A DNA stretch of 59,150 nt from IMG/VR virus record IMGVR_UViG_3300043015_001357, positions 1 through 59,150 of that record. One strand, written 5' to 3'. The stretch is from a virus. Taxonomy: Duplodnaviria > Caudoviricetes. The translations under genes and the position numbers were made by a program. This document shows positions 1-9,107 of this stretch, piece after piece. Numbering within the stretch: the stretch's first letter is position 1; every line of letters starts with the position of its first letter. The notes beneath the pieces were generated by a model. That model was not told where the DNA came from and did not search any database. It saw only the letters and a list, made by a program, of their open reading frames with translations.

Positions 1-240
1 AAACTCAACATATGCATCAAGAAACTCTTTCTGAGCAACAACGGCTTTTGAATATGCTTTCACATCTTTATACTGTCCCTTAATGGTGAACTTCGAAGTG
101 TTCTGTTCATTAAGATTCGCAATCATCTTAACGTCATCTCCATACATATATTTCAACAACTGCTTTGTCCACCAACCAATGGCCTCGGCTTCTGTCTCAT
201 TGAGCGTTCTTTTCGCTCTTTCCAAATCAATAACAAGCAT
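1..240 (-). CDS. Hypothetical phage protein, partial (runs off the left edge)
   Basis: Read manually: ATG at 240 after AAGGAG, open to position 1 (MLVIDLERAKRTLNETEAEAIGWWTKQLLKYMYGDD...). Absent from the ORF track because it is truncated. Confidence 0.75.
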   Translation of the reverse strand, partial: MLVIDLERAKRTLNETEAEAIGWWTKQLLKYMYGDDVKMIANLNEQNTSKFTIKGQYKDVKAYSKAVVAQKEFLDAYVEF

Positions 241-258
241 ACAAATTTCTCCTTAACA

Positions 259-266
259 TAAATAGT
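259..266 (-). promoter_or_regulatory. Putative late promoter motif ACTATTTA
   Basis: One copy of a motif recurring just upstream of many structural genes. Confidence 0.55.
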
Positions 267-272
267 TTCCAT

Positions 273-295
273 AAAAAAATGCCCTGAAAGGGCAT
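273..295 (-). terminator. Intrinsic terminator
   Basis: ATGCCC-TTTCA-GGGCAT hairpin followed by a T-run on the minus strand. Confidence 0.8.
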
Positions 296-490
296 CAACT
301 TCTTTTCTTTGAGGCTTTTTCCATTTCCTTCTTCTCGTCTTCAAACTGTTTTCTCATTCTCTCACAGAACCAGTTTCGAAGTCCAATTGGAAGGTTATAT
401 ATCTCAGTAAATGACCATCCACCAAAATGCTTCATGATGAATATTTGTTCATATAAGGCTTGAGAATATTTATCGGTCAGGCCAAAAAAA
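295..490 (-). CDS. gp51-like baseplate hub/tail assembly chaperone segment, probably expressed by frameshift from the upstream gene
   Basis: YSQALYEQIFIMKHFGGWSFTEIYNLPIGLRNWF resembles gp51-type small proteins. No good start or SD; the frame overlaps the upstream gene at a T7 run. Confidence 0.6.
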
Positions 491-1321
491 GTCCGTATTA
501 AACGGCACCTCCATTTCTTGCGAATATCCACAAGAATTACACTCAAAAGCGCTTGTAACTTTTACATCGGGTGAAGCTAGCTTATAACATCCACGAAGCT
601 GTGTAGAGTCTAAAGTCGGCATATTATCAACATATCTTGCTATAATTGACCTATCGCTGTGACCTTCGATTGAGACGATCATTTGTTTGAACTGATCTGT
701 CAATATTGTGTCGGCCATTTTGCGTTTCTTTTTGTCTGTTGCAAGTTTAGCTAAGAACTGCTCGTCTCTTCCATCAAGAAGTCGGAACTCAATATTGAAG
801 CCGGAATATGGCATCTTGGTTGTGAAGTTTCCGTTTGGAAGTTTCTTGAGGTTGAGTTTTTCATTCTCTTGAGACTCATGTACATGTTGTTGCGTCAAGT
901 CAAAGTCAAACTGGGTTCTGGTTCCACAAGATGGACAACCAATTTGAGTTTTATAGTTTGCTCCATATCCTGAGATGCGAGCGGCAATAATGAGAGCGTT
1001 TCTGTCTCCAATCAAAAGGTCTTGTGCTTTGATGGACTTATCAACGATAAGAGAGTCAAGCATGCGTTCAATAGCAAGCCCCTTCTTGAGAAGTGTTTGA
1101 GAAGATAGAATGTCTTCCTCTTTTGCCGTCATGAATCTCATTTCAAGAACTTCTTTGCCGTGAAGTGGATGTCCTTCTGGGTAGCTTCCTTTTGATGGTA
1201 GCTCAACGAATTCTGTTGGCGCAACAAAGCTTAATGGGTCAAAAGCTTTTTCTACCGGTTGTTGTGGAGCCTCTGCTGGCTCTGGAGTGTGTCCTCCAAG
1301 TCTATCTTTGTTTCTGCTCAT
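470..1321 (-). CDS. T4 gp26-like baseplate hub assembly protein
   Basis: VELPSKG, FMTAKEEDIL, DLLIGDRNALIIAARISGYG, two CxxC motifs, FFWP end; lies after the tube genes. Confidence 0.75.
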   Translation of the reverse strand: MSRNKDRLGGHTPEPAEAPQQPVEKAFDPLSFVAPTEFVELPSKGSYPEGHPLHGKEVLEMRFMTAKEEDILSSQTLLKKGLAIERMLDSLIVDKSIKAQDLLIGDRNALIIAARISGYGANYKTQIGCPSCGTRTQFDFDLTQQHVHESQENEKLNLKKLPNGNFTTKMPYSGFNIEFRLLDGRDEQFLAKLATDKKKRKMADTILTDQFKQMIVSIEGHSDRSIIARYVDNMPTLDSTQLRGCYKLASPDVKVTSAFECNSCGYSQEMEVPFNTDFFWPDR

Positions 1322-1330
1322 TTATACCTC

Positions 1331-1834
1331 TTAAGTTAATGTTGCTGAGTCATATGCAACTGTGATTGTTATTTCAAGTAATTCATCTGAGGAGTAATCA
1401 AGGTCTCCGTATTTTATTGACTTGATGAATGGGTTTTTAAGGTTCCAAGTTTCAAGCGTGTTGCCATCTGCGTCTATCTTGCTTATAACAAAGTCTTTTT
1501 CGCCGTTATATTGGTTTTTTCTTATCCCATCCTCTCCTTTACTAGGAGGCAATGGACTATAACCGTTCATCCTTAATGAATCCAACAGTTCTTGCCCTTT
1601 GGTTGGCAAAAAATCATCTCCTGTGGGGAGATCAACAATTGTAATATCGATATCGTTCCAAGTAACAATGCCGGGATACTTTATCTTATGGTTGATAAGT
1701 TGATGCTCTGATACTGAAACCTCTGGAGATGGCTGAGTGACGGTCTTAGCATACCACATAGTTTCATCTCCAAATTGAATTTGAAAACGAAACTTGCGTA
1801 GTGGTTCAAGAGTACTTTCTGTCCAAAAAGCCAT
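1331..1834 (-). CDS. Tail tube protein (gp19-like), paralog 2
   Basis: EPLRKFRF, YPGIVTWNDI, ETWNLKNPFIKSIKYGDLDYSSDELLEITITVAYD. Confidence 0.8.
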   Translation of the reverse strand: MAFWTESTLEPLRKFRFQIQFGDETMWYAKTVTQPSPEVSVSEHQLINHKIKYPGIVTWNDIDITIVDLPTGDDFLPTKGQELLDSLRMNGYSPLPPSKGEDGIRKNQYNGEKDFVISKIDADGNTLETWNLKNPFIKSIKYGDLDYSSDELLEITITVAYDSATLT

Positions 1835-1842
1835 TTATGCTC

Positions 1843-2391
1843 CTAGCTTGATGTAGTTGTAACGAATTGACCAGTTCCATCAGCAGTTTCACAAGAAGCC
1901 CAATCATACTTAAAAGTCATATCAATAGTTCTGAGTTCGTCATTATCATAAGCAAGATCGCCGTATTTAGCAGATAGTATAAAAGCATTATTGAGAGTCC
2001 AAGTTTCTACAGCGTCTCCACCTGCATCTAATATTGTTATAACAACTTGCCCAAGAGCTTCTGTGGCTTTTGCTTTAGAAACTGTAGTCTCAAGATCTGT
2101 TTCTTGCTTAACTTTATAATTTAGATTAGAAGTGTTCTTCCCAATGACATACTCATTGGTTTTCTTTACTGCATCGATGGAAATAGGATCAACAAGAGTC
2201 AAGGAAACGTCTTGCCAAGTCACACGACCAGGGAAGAAGTATTTGTTATCCAAGTAATTGTGTTCAACTGTTGCAACATCGAAACTAGGTGTGGTTACAT
2301 TCTTCGCCCACCAGATTACGTCATCTCCGAGTTGAACCTGAAATCTAAAGTTTCTTTTTGGTTCTATAGAACTTTCTGTCCAAAATGCCAT
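1843..2391 (-). CDS. gp19: Tail tube protein (gp19-like)
   Basis: EPKRNFRF, FPGRVTWQDV, ETWTLNNAF, YGDLAY, FKYDWA; directly follows the sheath gene. Confidence 0.85.
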   Translation of the reverse strand: MAFWTESSIEPKRNFRFQVQLGDDVIWWAKNVTTPSFDVATVEHNYLDNKYFFPGRVTWQDVSLTLVDPISIDAVKKTNEYVIGKNTSNLNYKVKQETDLETTVSKAKATEALGQVVITILDAGGDAVETWTLNNAFILSAKYGDLAYDNDELRTIDMTFKYDWASCETADGTGQFVTTTSS

Positions 2392-2417
2392 TGTATATAT
2401 CTCCTATTAGTATACAG

Positions 2418-2425
2418 TAAATAGT
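2418..2425 (-). promoter_or_regulatory. Putative late promoter motif ACTATTTA
   Basis: Between sheath stop and tube SD (AGGAG). Confidence 0.55.
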
Positions 2426-5266
2426 TTAGAACTCAATTCCGGAGCGTGTGATATTGAAATCGATAGCAATGAACTCAATAGCTTTAGCAGGTTTGATGAA
2501 AACCTTAGCATACATGATATTGCGATCTTGATAATCAGGTGTTGTTGTAGTCTCATCTAGAACAAGTTTGTATTCTGAAATACCAAAACGAGTCTTAGCA
2601 TCTGAGAGAACTGGATTAGCACCAGCCTTGAAACGGTTCCAAGTAGCGCGAACGTTGCTATCGAATAAAATGTTCTGAGCAACAACGCCAATCTTCTTCT
2701 TAAGGTGAACCATCAAGCGGCGAACGTTGATACGGTCAAGAGCGGAAGGTGCCTGTTGAAGAGTCTTCTGTCCGAATACAACCGGTCCTTCACCAGGGAA
2801 GTTAGCGATAGGGTTGATGTTTACTTGATACAAGTCATCACGATCTGCTTTGTTAAGGTTCTCAACTGGACGCTGAACACGAGGTCCTTGATTTCCACCA
2901 AGTTGACGGATACCACCACGGTTGAAGCCAGCAGGTGCAAACCATGGAGCACCAGATGCAGCATCACTTTGAGCGAGAACACCAAGCCCAGCAACAGATG
3001 CAGGAACACGGAGACCCATATCCTCACCAGCAAGAACTACAGGTGGGTAGTATGCAGCAGCATAGCTTGTATTGAAATCTTGTTCGTTTGCATCTGTGAT
3101 AGCTTCAGCAGCAGTACCGTTAGCATATACACCTTGATTATCGTGTTCTGCTTTATGACCAGAGTCAAAGTCAATGATAGCGAGAGCATCCCCACGATCT
3201 TCTGTATTGCTAACAAGTTCTCTTCTCAAATCATCTTGAAGAAGACCAGGCATTGAGATAACGTCATATTGAACAACTTCTTTATCACTGGTGATATCAA
3301 GTACTTTCTGAACTGAGTAGTGAGCATAATGCCTAGTTGGTGAAGTGCTATCCGATAATGCTTGAGTGCTTGTGCTTGAGAATGGGTCAACAAGAGTGAT
3401 ATCAACACCATCTGTTCCACCAAAGAATGGAGCTTGGAACTGCTTGACTTTTTTAACTTGAATAAGTTCAGCAGAGCCTGATTCGGCAGTCACAGCATCA
3501 CCAGTAGCATGAGAACCTGCTTTCCAATAGTAACGGTTAGAGTTAGAGTCGTGCACGATTTCATCAAGAGTAAAGATGAAACTAGTTTCTGTCTGCGCAC
3601 CAGCATCATGGATATCATGTCCATTAGCTAGAGGACGAACGAGGTCGATGTAATCATCTTGCTTACGGAAGTATTGTGTAGGTTGGTCATCGCTACGGAA
3701 TTGTCTTACACCAAATACATCGCTATATTTGTAGTCTTGACCTTTCTTGGAGCCGGTTGTTGTAAGCTGAAGTTCAGGGAAAGTCAGTGAGCAAGTAACA
3801 TCGACTTGAAGATCTGCAAAGAAACTCTGTTCGTGACCCAAAGCAACAACACTATCCTTTGGTGAAGTTACATATGCAGTTGCCTCACCTTCAGAAAGTT
3901 CGGTAGACCCAGAAGTGATTTGGAAGTCTTTGAATTTAGCAGGTCCATAGAATCCGAATGGAAGTGTATATTTATCATCGATACCAGCTTTCCAATCATC
4001 AGCCATCTCAACATAAACATAGTTTGAGTTGTTAGGGTAGTTTCCTTTAACAACATATTTTTCAGTAGCTGTATTCCACTCTTGGAATGTATCACCAATT
4101 TTCTTTCCAACGAAGTCATCGGAGTTTTCATTGAGGTTACATCCACTGAACTGTTCTACAATTTGACCACCGTTATCAACGATAGATACAGTGAAAGTAG
4201 AGTTAGGGTTCTCTTGGGTTCCAAGAAGAAGGTCAGAGATACGAGCAACGTATGCTTTCTGGAAGTAGTCACCAGTATGAAGAGAATTCAAACGGAAAAG
4301 CTTCTTCATATTTGAAGCACTGTATGAAGCAGTTTCTTGTTGAGGACTTGGGTCTCGTGCAATGAACCAACCTGTTTTAGAAACAGAAGCTTCACCTTCG
4401 TGGTTTGCAAGGTTATTATCGTCAGCAGAACCAGAAGTCAATGGAAGAAGGATAGCATATTGCTTACCGTTAGCTTCCGAATCAGCAGCTAATAGAGTTT
4501 CATAAACATGTGTTTCGAATGTTTCACCCAAGAAATATTTTTCTGTATTGACTTGGTTGATACCATTAAGTAACTGTGGATTTGTGTTAAGTTTGTTACG
4601 AATGAAACCGTTCTTGTTAGCAACGTTGAAATCAACAGGATACTTTTCTGTTGTAGTGCCATCATGAATCTCAATGGTAATACCAGCAAAGAACTTAGAC
4701 TCACACTGCATCAATACACCAACAGATGAAGTTGTATCTAGAGTACCAGCGATAGTACCGGATAGAGATACCGCAGCGCCTTTGGTGTAAATAACCGCTC
4801 CGAGCGTACCATTTGATTCCGCACCAGCACTTGCAGAAGGCATAATGAAAAGGCCGTAAGCAGCAGAAGTCCCAGCCTCAGTTGTGTCAAGTGTTTCACC
4901 GGTATTCCAACCAGCAGTAGTATATCCTGAATCTTGATTAGCAGAATCTTCACCAGCAAGACGAACAAAAGTCACAGGGGAAGTCTGTGTGCTCAACCAT
5001 GCTTGTGCAGCATAGAGTCCGTAAGTTGGAAGTTTTGTGTTGCCTGATCTCCAAATATCGCTATTGGCATCTTTACCGCTTTGAGGGCGACCAAAAACTG
5101 TGTATAGATCATCCAAGTTCTTAACACGAACTGGTTGCATTGCTGGCCCACGAAAGGCTTGACCGATAATAAGAGCGCCATCTTCAGTTGTCTCAACGGC
5201 AACTTGACTCTCATCAACTTCACGAAGAAGGATGTCGGGTGATATAAAATCAAATTTACTAGGCAT
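2426..5266 (-). CDS. gp18: Contractile tail sheath protein
   Basis: SPDILLREVD N-terminus; PWFAPAGFNRG, LYQVNINPIANFPGEGPVVFGQKTLQ, ALDRINVRRL, FIKPAKAIEFIAIDF. Confidence 0.95.
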   Translation of the reverse strand: MPSKFDFISPDILLREVDESQVAVETTEDGALIIGQAFRGPAMQPVRVKNLDDLYTVFGRPQSGKDANSDIWRSGNTKLPTYGLYAAQAWLSTQTSPVTFVRLAGEDSANQDSGYTTAGWNTGETLDTTEAGTSAAYGLFIMPSASAGAESNGTLGAVIYTKGAAVSLSGTIAGTLDTTSSVGVLMQCESKFFAGITIEIHDGTTTEKYPVDFNVANKNGFIRNKLNTNPQLLNGINQVNTEKYFLGETFETHVYETLLAADSEANGKQYAILLPLTSGSADDNNLANHEGEASVSKTGWFIARDPSPQQETASYSASNMKKLFRLNSLHTGDYFQKAYVARISDLLLGTQENPNSTFTVSIVDNGGQIVEQFSGCNLNENSDDFVGKKIGDTFQEWNTATEKYVVKGNYPNNSNYVYVEMADDWKAGIDDKYTLPFGFYGPAKFKDFQITSGSTELSEGEATAYVTSPKDSVVALGHEQSFFADLQVDVTCSLTFPELQLTTTGSKKGQDYKYSDVFGVRQFRSDDQPTQYFRKQDDYIDLVRPLANGHDIHDAGAQTETSFIFTLDEIVHDSNSNRYYWKAGSHATGDAVTAESGSAELIQVKKVKQFQAPFFGGTDGVDITLVDPFSSTSTQALSDSTSPTRHYAHYSVQKVLDITSDKEVVQYDVISMPGLLQDDLRRELVSNTEDRGDALAIIDFDSGHKAEHDNQGVYANGTAAEAITDANEQDFNTSYAAAYYPPVVLAGEDMGLRVPASVAGLGVLAQSDAASGAPWFAPAGFNRGGIRQLGGNQGPRVQRPVENLNKADRDDLYQVNINPIANFPGEGPVVFGQKTLQQAPSALDRINVRRLMVHLKKKIGVVAQNILFDSNVRATWNRFKAGANPVLSDAKTRFGISEYKLVLDETTTTPDYQDRNIMYAKVFIKPAKAIEFIAIDFNITRSGIEF

Positions 5267-5294
5267 TAGTATCTCCTTAATATGTTATTCTCTA

Positions 5295-5302
5295 TAAATA
5301 GT
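5295..5302 (-). promoter_or_regulatory. Putative late promoter motif ACTATTTA
   Basis: Upstream of sheath SD AAGGAG. Confidence 0.55.
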
Positions 5303-5322
5303 GCTGTATTTTCTCAAACGAA

Positions 5323-6171
5323 CTATTCGCGATAGTCTTTGTCTTTCTTTTTCCATGGAGCTTTATCACCAGTGATAACACGCTCTCTGGATATCTTAAC
5401 TTCAACCGCATTTTCTCTAATGGTTATTTGCGGCTTTTCTCTGTTGACTCCGTCTCCAATCAAGTAGCCGAGAACCTTAATATTGATTTTGGTCTCAAAC
5501 ATTCTTTCATCTTCGTTGAGTGCTGTGGTGTTTTTGTTTTCAGCAAAGTTGCCATCAATAAAAGCTTCATAACGGTGACCATCGTGATTAAACAAGAAAC
5601 TGTTCAACTGCCCTGTTCTCGTGAAGAACGGTGTCATTAGGTCATTCATTTGCTGTTGGTATTCTGTTCTCAAGGTGATTGAATACATAACCGTTACATA
5701 TGTTGGTATTGGAGATGTAAGAAACTCATAGACAATCTTTTGGTTGTCGTTTGGCTTACCGGTCTCGGAAGCATTGCTCTTAGCTCTCGCAACTTTTGCA
5801 TTGGCATGGTTTCTTGTTTTCTCTTGTCCAATGCGTCTTGCTCTTGTTATAACGCCACCTTTATAGTCTCCAACCTCATACATGTGTGCTTGAAAGGAGC
5901 CTTTGAAAGCAGGATCTTTGTTGATAGAGTCTCGGTTGATTGTTATGAGAGGAAGCTTGAGTTTGCCAACAGAGTCACGTATCTCTTTATTATTTTTAAC
6001 TTGAGATAGCCTATCTGTGCCAAGCCATATAACAGGAGCCTTTTGAAAGCCTGCATTTGTCGTTGTATGGAGATCAAGATTTTCATTGATGTAGTTATAC
6101 ATACCAAGATCTATTGTCTCAATGGTTGAGGGTTCTAATGTTTCTACTTTATTCGGCATTGAATACTCCAT
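5323..6171 (-). CDS. Tail terminator/sheath stabiliser (gp15-like); start may be 6159
   Basis: LKLPLITINR, PTYVTVMYSITLRTEYQQQMN; position between neck and sheath genes. Confidence 0.65.
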   Translation of the reverse strand: MEYSMPNKVETLEPSTIETIDLGMYNYINENLDLHTTTNAGFQKAPVIWLGTDRLSQVKNNKEIRDSVGKLKLPLITINRDSINKDPAFKGSFQAHMYEVGDYKGGVITRARRIGQEKTRNHANAKVARAKSNASETGKPNDNQKIVYEFLTSPIPTYVTVMYSITLRTEYQQQMNDLMTPFFTRTGQLNSFLFNHDGHRYEAFIDGNFAENKNTTALNEDERMFETKINIKVLGYLIGDGVNREKPQITIRENAVEVKISRERVITGDKAPWKKKDKDYRE

Positions 6172-6643
6172 CTCTTGCTCTTATACATTCGGCTTGAATC
6201 TCAAAGCGATGCTCCACTTGACCAAACAGAAGTCTCGGTTCAATCAGTTTTACAATCTCGTAATATACTTCACCATATCTTACGAAGTCGCCTTCTCTTA
6301 CATAGAGGTCTTGGTCTTCCGTTAAACGTCTTTTGTGAAAGTTAACCTTTATCTTAGTTGCTTTGTCGATAGCAACGTTGTCCATGAATGATGTCTCAAC
6401 CCCTTGGAACTCAACGAGAGCATGAACTCTCAAAGGAGGAAGAAATGTCTTCTCAATAGCTTCTCCATATAGAGGGTGATAAGCTGTAGCTTCAAGGTCA
6501 ATAGGGAAATACAGAACCTGCTGGCCAACAACACGCTCAATGATCTCGTCATTGACTTGTTTTACAAGATCACGTTCCTTTTCTCCAAAGAACATTGGAG
6601 GAGGAGGGGATGCTGGTTTTTTCCATTTGTTATCTTCTGACAC
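6149..6643 (-). CDS. Neck/head completion protein (gp14-like)
   Basis: EIIERVVGQQVLYFPID, HPLYGEA, VREGDFVRYGEVYYEI; synteny. Confidence 0.7.
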   Translation of the reverse strand: MSEDNKWKKPASPPPPMFFGEKERDLVKQVNDEIIERVVGQQVLYFPIDLEATAYHPLYGEAIEKTFLPPLRVHALVEFQGVETSFMDNVAIDKATKIKVNFHKRRLTEDQDLYVREGDFVRYGEVYYEIVKLIEPRLLFGQVEHRFEIQAECIRARDGVFNAE

Positions 6644-9104
6644 GGACTCTTATCCTCTTTTTATTTTCTGTTATGTTTTGTTGTGGCTTTAGCATTTTCG
6701 CTAAATACTTTTCAAGTTCCATTTGCATTCTCTCTGCAATGTCATCAATGCTTGCGTTATTCTTGAGAAAGTCTCCTGTTTTTTCTAGAATTTCTTTTGA
6801 GTAATCACTGTACATGCTAACACCAGCCTTAAATTCAATCTCATCATATTCTTCGATCTGTTCTGGAGTTACGTCTCCTCGCTCTGCATGCATTATTACA
6901 ATGTTTGGGTCTGTTTCTTTGTTCCATGCATCTTGACTTAAAGCTAACTTACCAGCTAGTTCATCATTTCCAAAAATTGTGTTGAAGAACTTAGCCATAA
7001 GTTCATAAGCGTTTTGTTGCATATTTTCCGGAATCTTTTCTTTGATCTCGGAAATATCGACGCTGCTTTCATCTCGGAAAGCAATGAAAGAAATATATTC
7101 TCCGCCAAAATAATCGTGCGCCTCTTCTTCTCTTTCGTCTTCGGGCCACCAAGAATCTTCAGGAAGACCATAGTCTTTGAGAACGTTTTGAATTACTTGT
7201 CTTTCTGATTCAATGACACCAAATTCTTCTAGTTTGTACTCTATCAATTGAATGGGGCCGTTATCATAATAATAATCAAAAGCATCAAATTTTTTCATAA
7301 TGTCTGGTAATGCCCCTTCAAGACCTCCTAGGTAAGCTGTCTCATCATCTAAGTCATAGCCTTGATAAACAATTTTAATCATCCAACTACCTTCATCATT
7401 TCTTTCAACAAATATATTGTTTGATTTTGGTAATTGATAATAATCATAAAATTCCCAATCAACAACCTCTGTAACAACAGAGTTAATTTCAGAACCATTA
7501 GCGCCTGGTGCGTTGATTTTAAACTTAACAATCAAATCCCACACATATGTGATTTCTCCGTCATATCCTTCGGAAGTGTCCCAATCAAAGGAAATAAATC
7601 CACCAGTATGTTCGTCAAAAATCTCATTTAATCTTCGCCTAATCATTTCCTCAGAACTTCCTCCGATTGAAGCCATTAAAGCTTCTTCGACATCGGGTTC
7701 GTATCTAACAGAGGTTCCTTGGAGAACAACGTCTCTATTGAACTTGCGGAACAACATAGGCAAAGTTTGAGCAACAGAGTGACCTGTGTCTTGATAACTT
7801 CCGCCATATCTTGTGAAGTTTGATAGAAATATTGTTGGCTTACCAAGATCTTGTGATCCTTGCTTGATAATCTCTTTAACTTCTTTTTCTTGCGCTTTGG
7901 AGACTCTATTATTGACAGCGTCTAAAAACCCCGGAACTTGTGGGCCGTAAATTTTTCCTTGTGGTACCGCAAGCCTTATTGGTTCTGAGTTTTCGTCTTT
8001 ATGAAACGCGACATTTTTGATTCTAATTCTAGAAGTTGGAACTAGTAAGTGAGCAGTTGCATCTCGTCGCATTTGATCAAAAAATATTTCTTGATCTCCT
8101 TCAACATCTAATGACTCTTGTGTTGGAGGAAACATTATGAAGTTCTTTGCCGGAACAATGTAGGCAATCATTCCATTGCCATACGCTTCAGAAAGAGCGC
8201 ATTTATTATAGTCATCAAAACCCATTTCACCTTTCATACTTGGAAGAGAATGACAAGATCTGATGCTTTGGTGATCGGACATTCTAAAGACATCAACAGG
8301 ATGGCGAGAATAGATTATGTAATTTCTCTCAAGGTATTGATCCATGTTTCTAACAAGATCATCAAAAGATTCAATAGCATATTTTGCAAAGTTTTCAAAA
8401 GATTCAAAATCGATTCTACTTTTTGTGAAGAATTCCTTCATTGTTAAGGAGGTAGATGTACCAAGCCAATAATCTTGAGCATCATAAAATTTCATAACCT
8501 TTCTGTATTCGTCTGCTGTGTGTTTTACAACTGGGTCACTAATTTTTGCTGGTAAAGAATATTTAGCTTCAGCAGGAAGTTTATCTAGTTTGCCTATTTT
8601 TGAGAGTTTTGCGTATCTTTTGGCTGCTTCAAAATGTTCTGCTCCGGCTTCTCTTTGAATTTTGTTTCTACTATTGTTAACAAAGTTGATAATGCCACCT
8701 AAAACCTTTGGTAAATTAAGAGTGATTGTTTTTCTAGAAACGCCTTGGTTTCCTTTTCCATCAATGAAATGAGAGACTTTTGTTTTGGAGCAAAGAATTT
8801 TTCCGCCTTTGACTTTACCAGCTAGTTTGCCTTTTGTTTCATCATGATATTCTAGATTGGATGCTGGATCTACTTGCCACCCAAAGGCATTGAGAGCAGA
8901 AATTGTGTTAGCTAGAGGTGTCTCTTTTTTGAGACCAGAAACAGGTTCGATAATTCTATAGGAATTTCCAAAGATGTTTCCAAAAGGTAATTCACTAACA
9001 GGGATTTCCAAAGCATCATTAAGGTATTCAATTTCTTGTTCTGTTGCTTCTTTGAGTTCTTGTTCTTTTAAAAATTTATTCCAATTTTCTAATATTAATT
9101 TCAT
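6630..9104 (-). CDS. Large hypothetical protein with capsid-targeting-like leader, inserted between neck genes
   Basis: 824 aa; N-terminus MKLILENWNKFLKEQELKE; core SRHPVDVFRMSD-SCHS; acidic C-terminal half. Confidence 0.8.
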   Translation of the reverse strand: MKLILENWNKFLKEQELKEATEQEIEYLNDALEIPVSELPFGNIFGNSYRIIEPVSGLKKETPLANTISALNAFGWQVDPASNLEYHDETKGKLAGKVKGGKILCSKTKVSHFIDGKGNQGVSRKTITLNLPKVLGGIINFVNNSRNKIQREAGAEHFEAAKRYAKLSKIGKLDKLPAEAKYSLPAKISDPVVKHTADEYRKVMKFYDAQDYWLGTSTSLTMKEFFTKSRIDFESFENFAKYAIESFDDLVRNMDQYLERNYIIYSRHPVDVFRMSDHQSIRSCHSLPSMKGEMGFDDYNKCALSEAYGNGMIAYIVPAKNFIMFPPTQESLDVEGDQEIFFDQMRRDATAHLLVPTSRIRIKNVAFHKDENSEPIRLAVPQGKIYGPQVPGFLDAVNNRVSKAQEKEVKEIIKQGSQDLGKPTIFLSNFTRYGGSYQDTGHSVAQTLPMLFRKFNRDVVLQGTSVRYEPDVEEALMASIGGSSEEMIRRRLNEIFDEHTGGFISFDWDTSEGYDGEITYVWDLIVKFKINAPGANGSEINSVVTEVVDWEFYDYYQLPKSNNIFVERNDEGSWMIKIVYQGYDLDDETAYLGGLEGALPDIMKKFDAFDYYYDNGPIQLIEYKLEEFGVIESERQVIQNVLKDYGLPEDSWWPEDEREEEAHDYFGGEYISFIAFRDESSVDISEIKEKIPENMQQNAYELMAKFFNTIFGNDELAGKLALSQDAWNKETDPNIVIMHAERGDVTPEQIEEYDEIEFKAGVSMYSDYSKEILEKTGDFLKNNASIDDIAERMQMELEKYLAKMLKPQQNITENKKRIRVRVRR

Positions 9105-9107
9105 TTC

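Noticed and set aside
153-344. 63 aa ORF
   Set aside because: Crosses a terminator and overlaps two better-supported frames
5293-5300. T4 late promoter TATAAATA on the plus strand
   Set aside because: Wrong orientation for the genes; it is the reverse complement of the ACTATTTA(TA) motif
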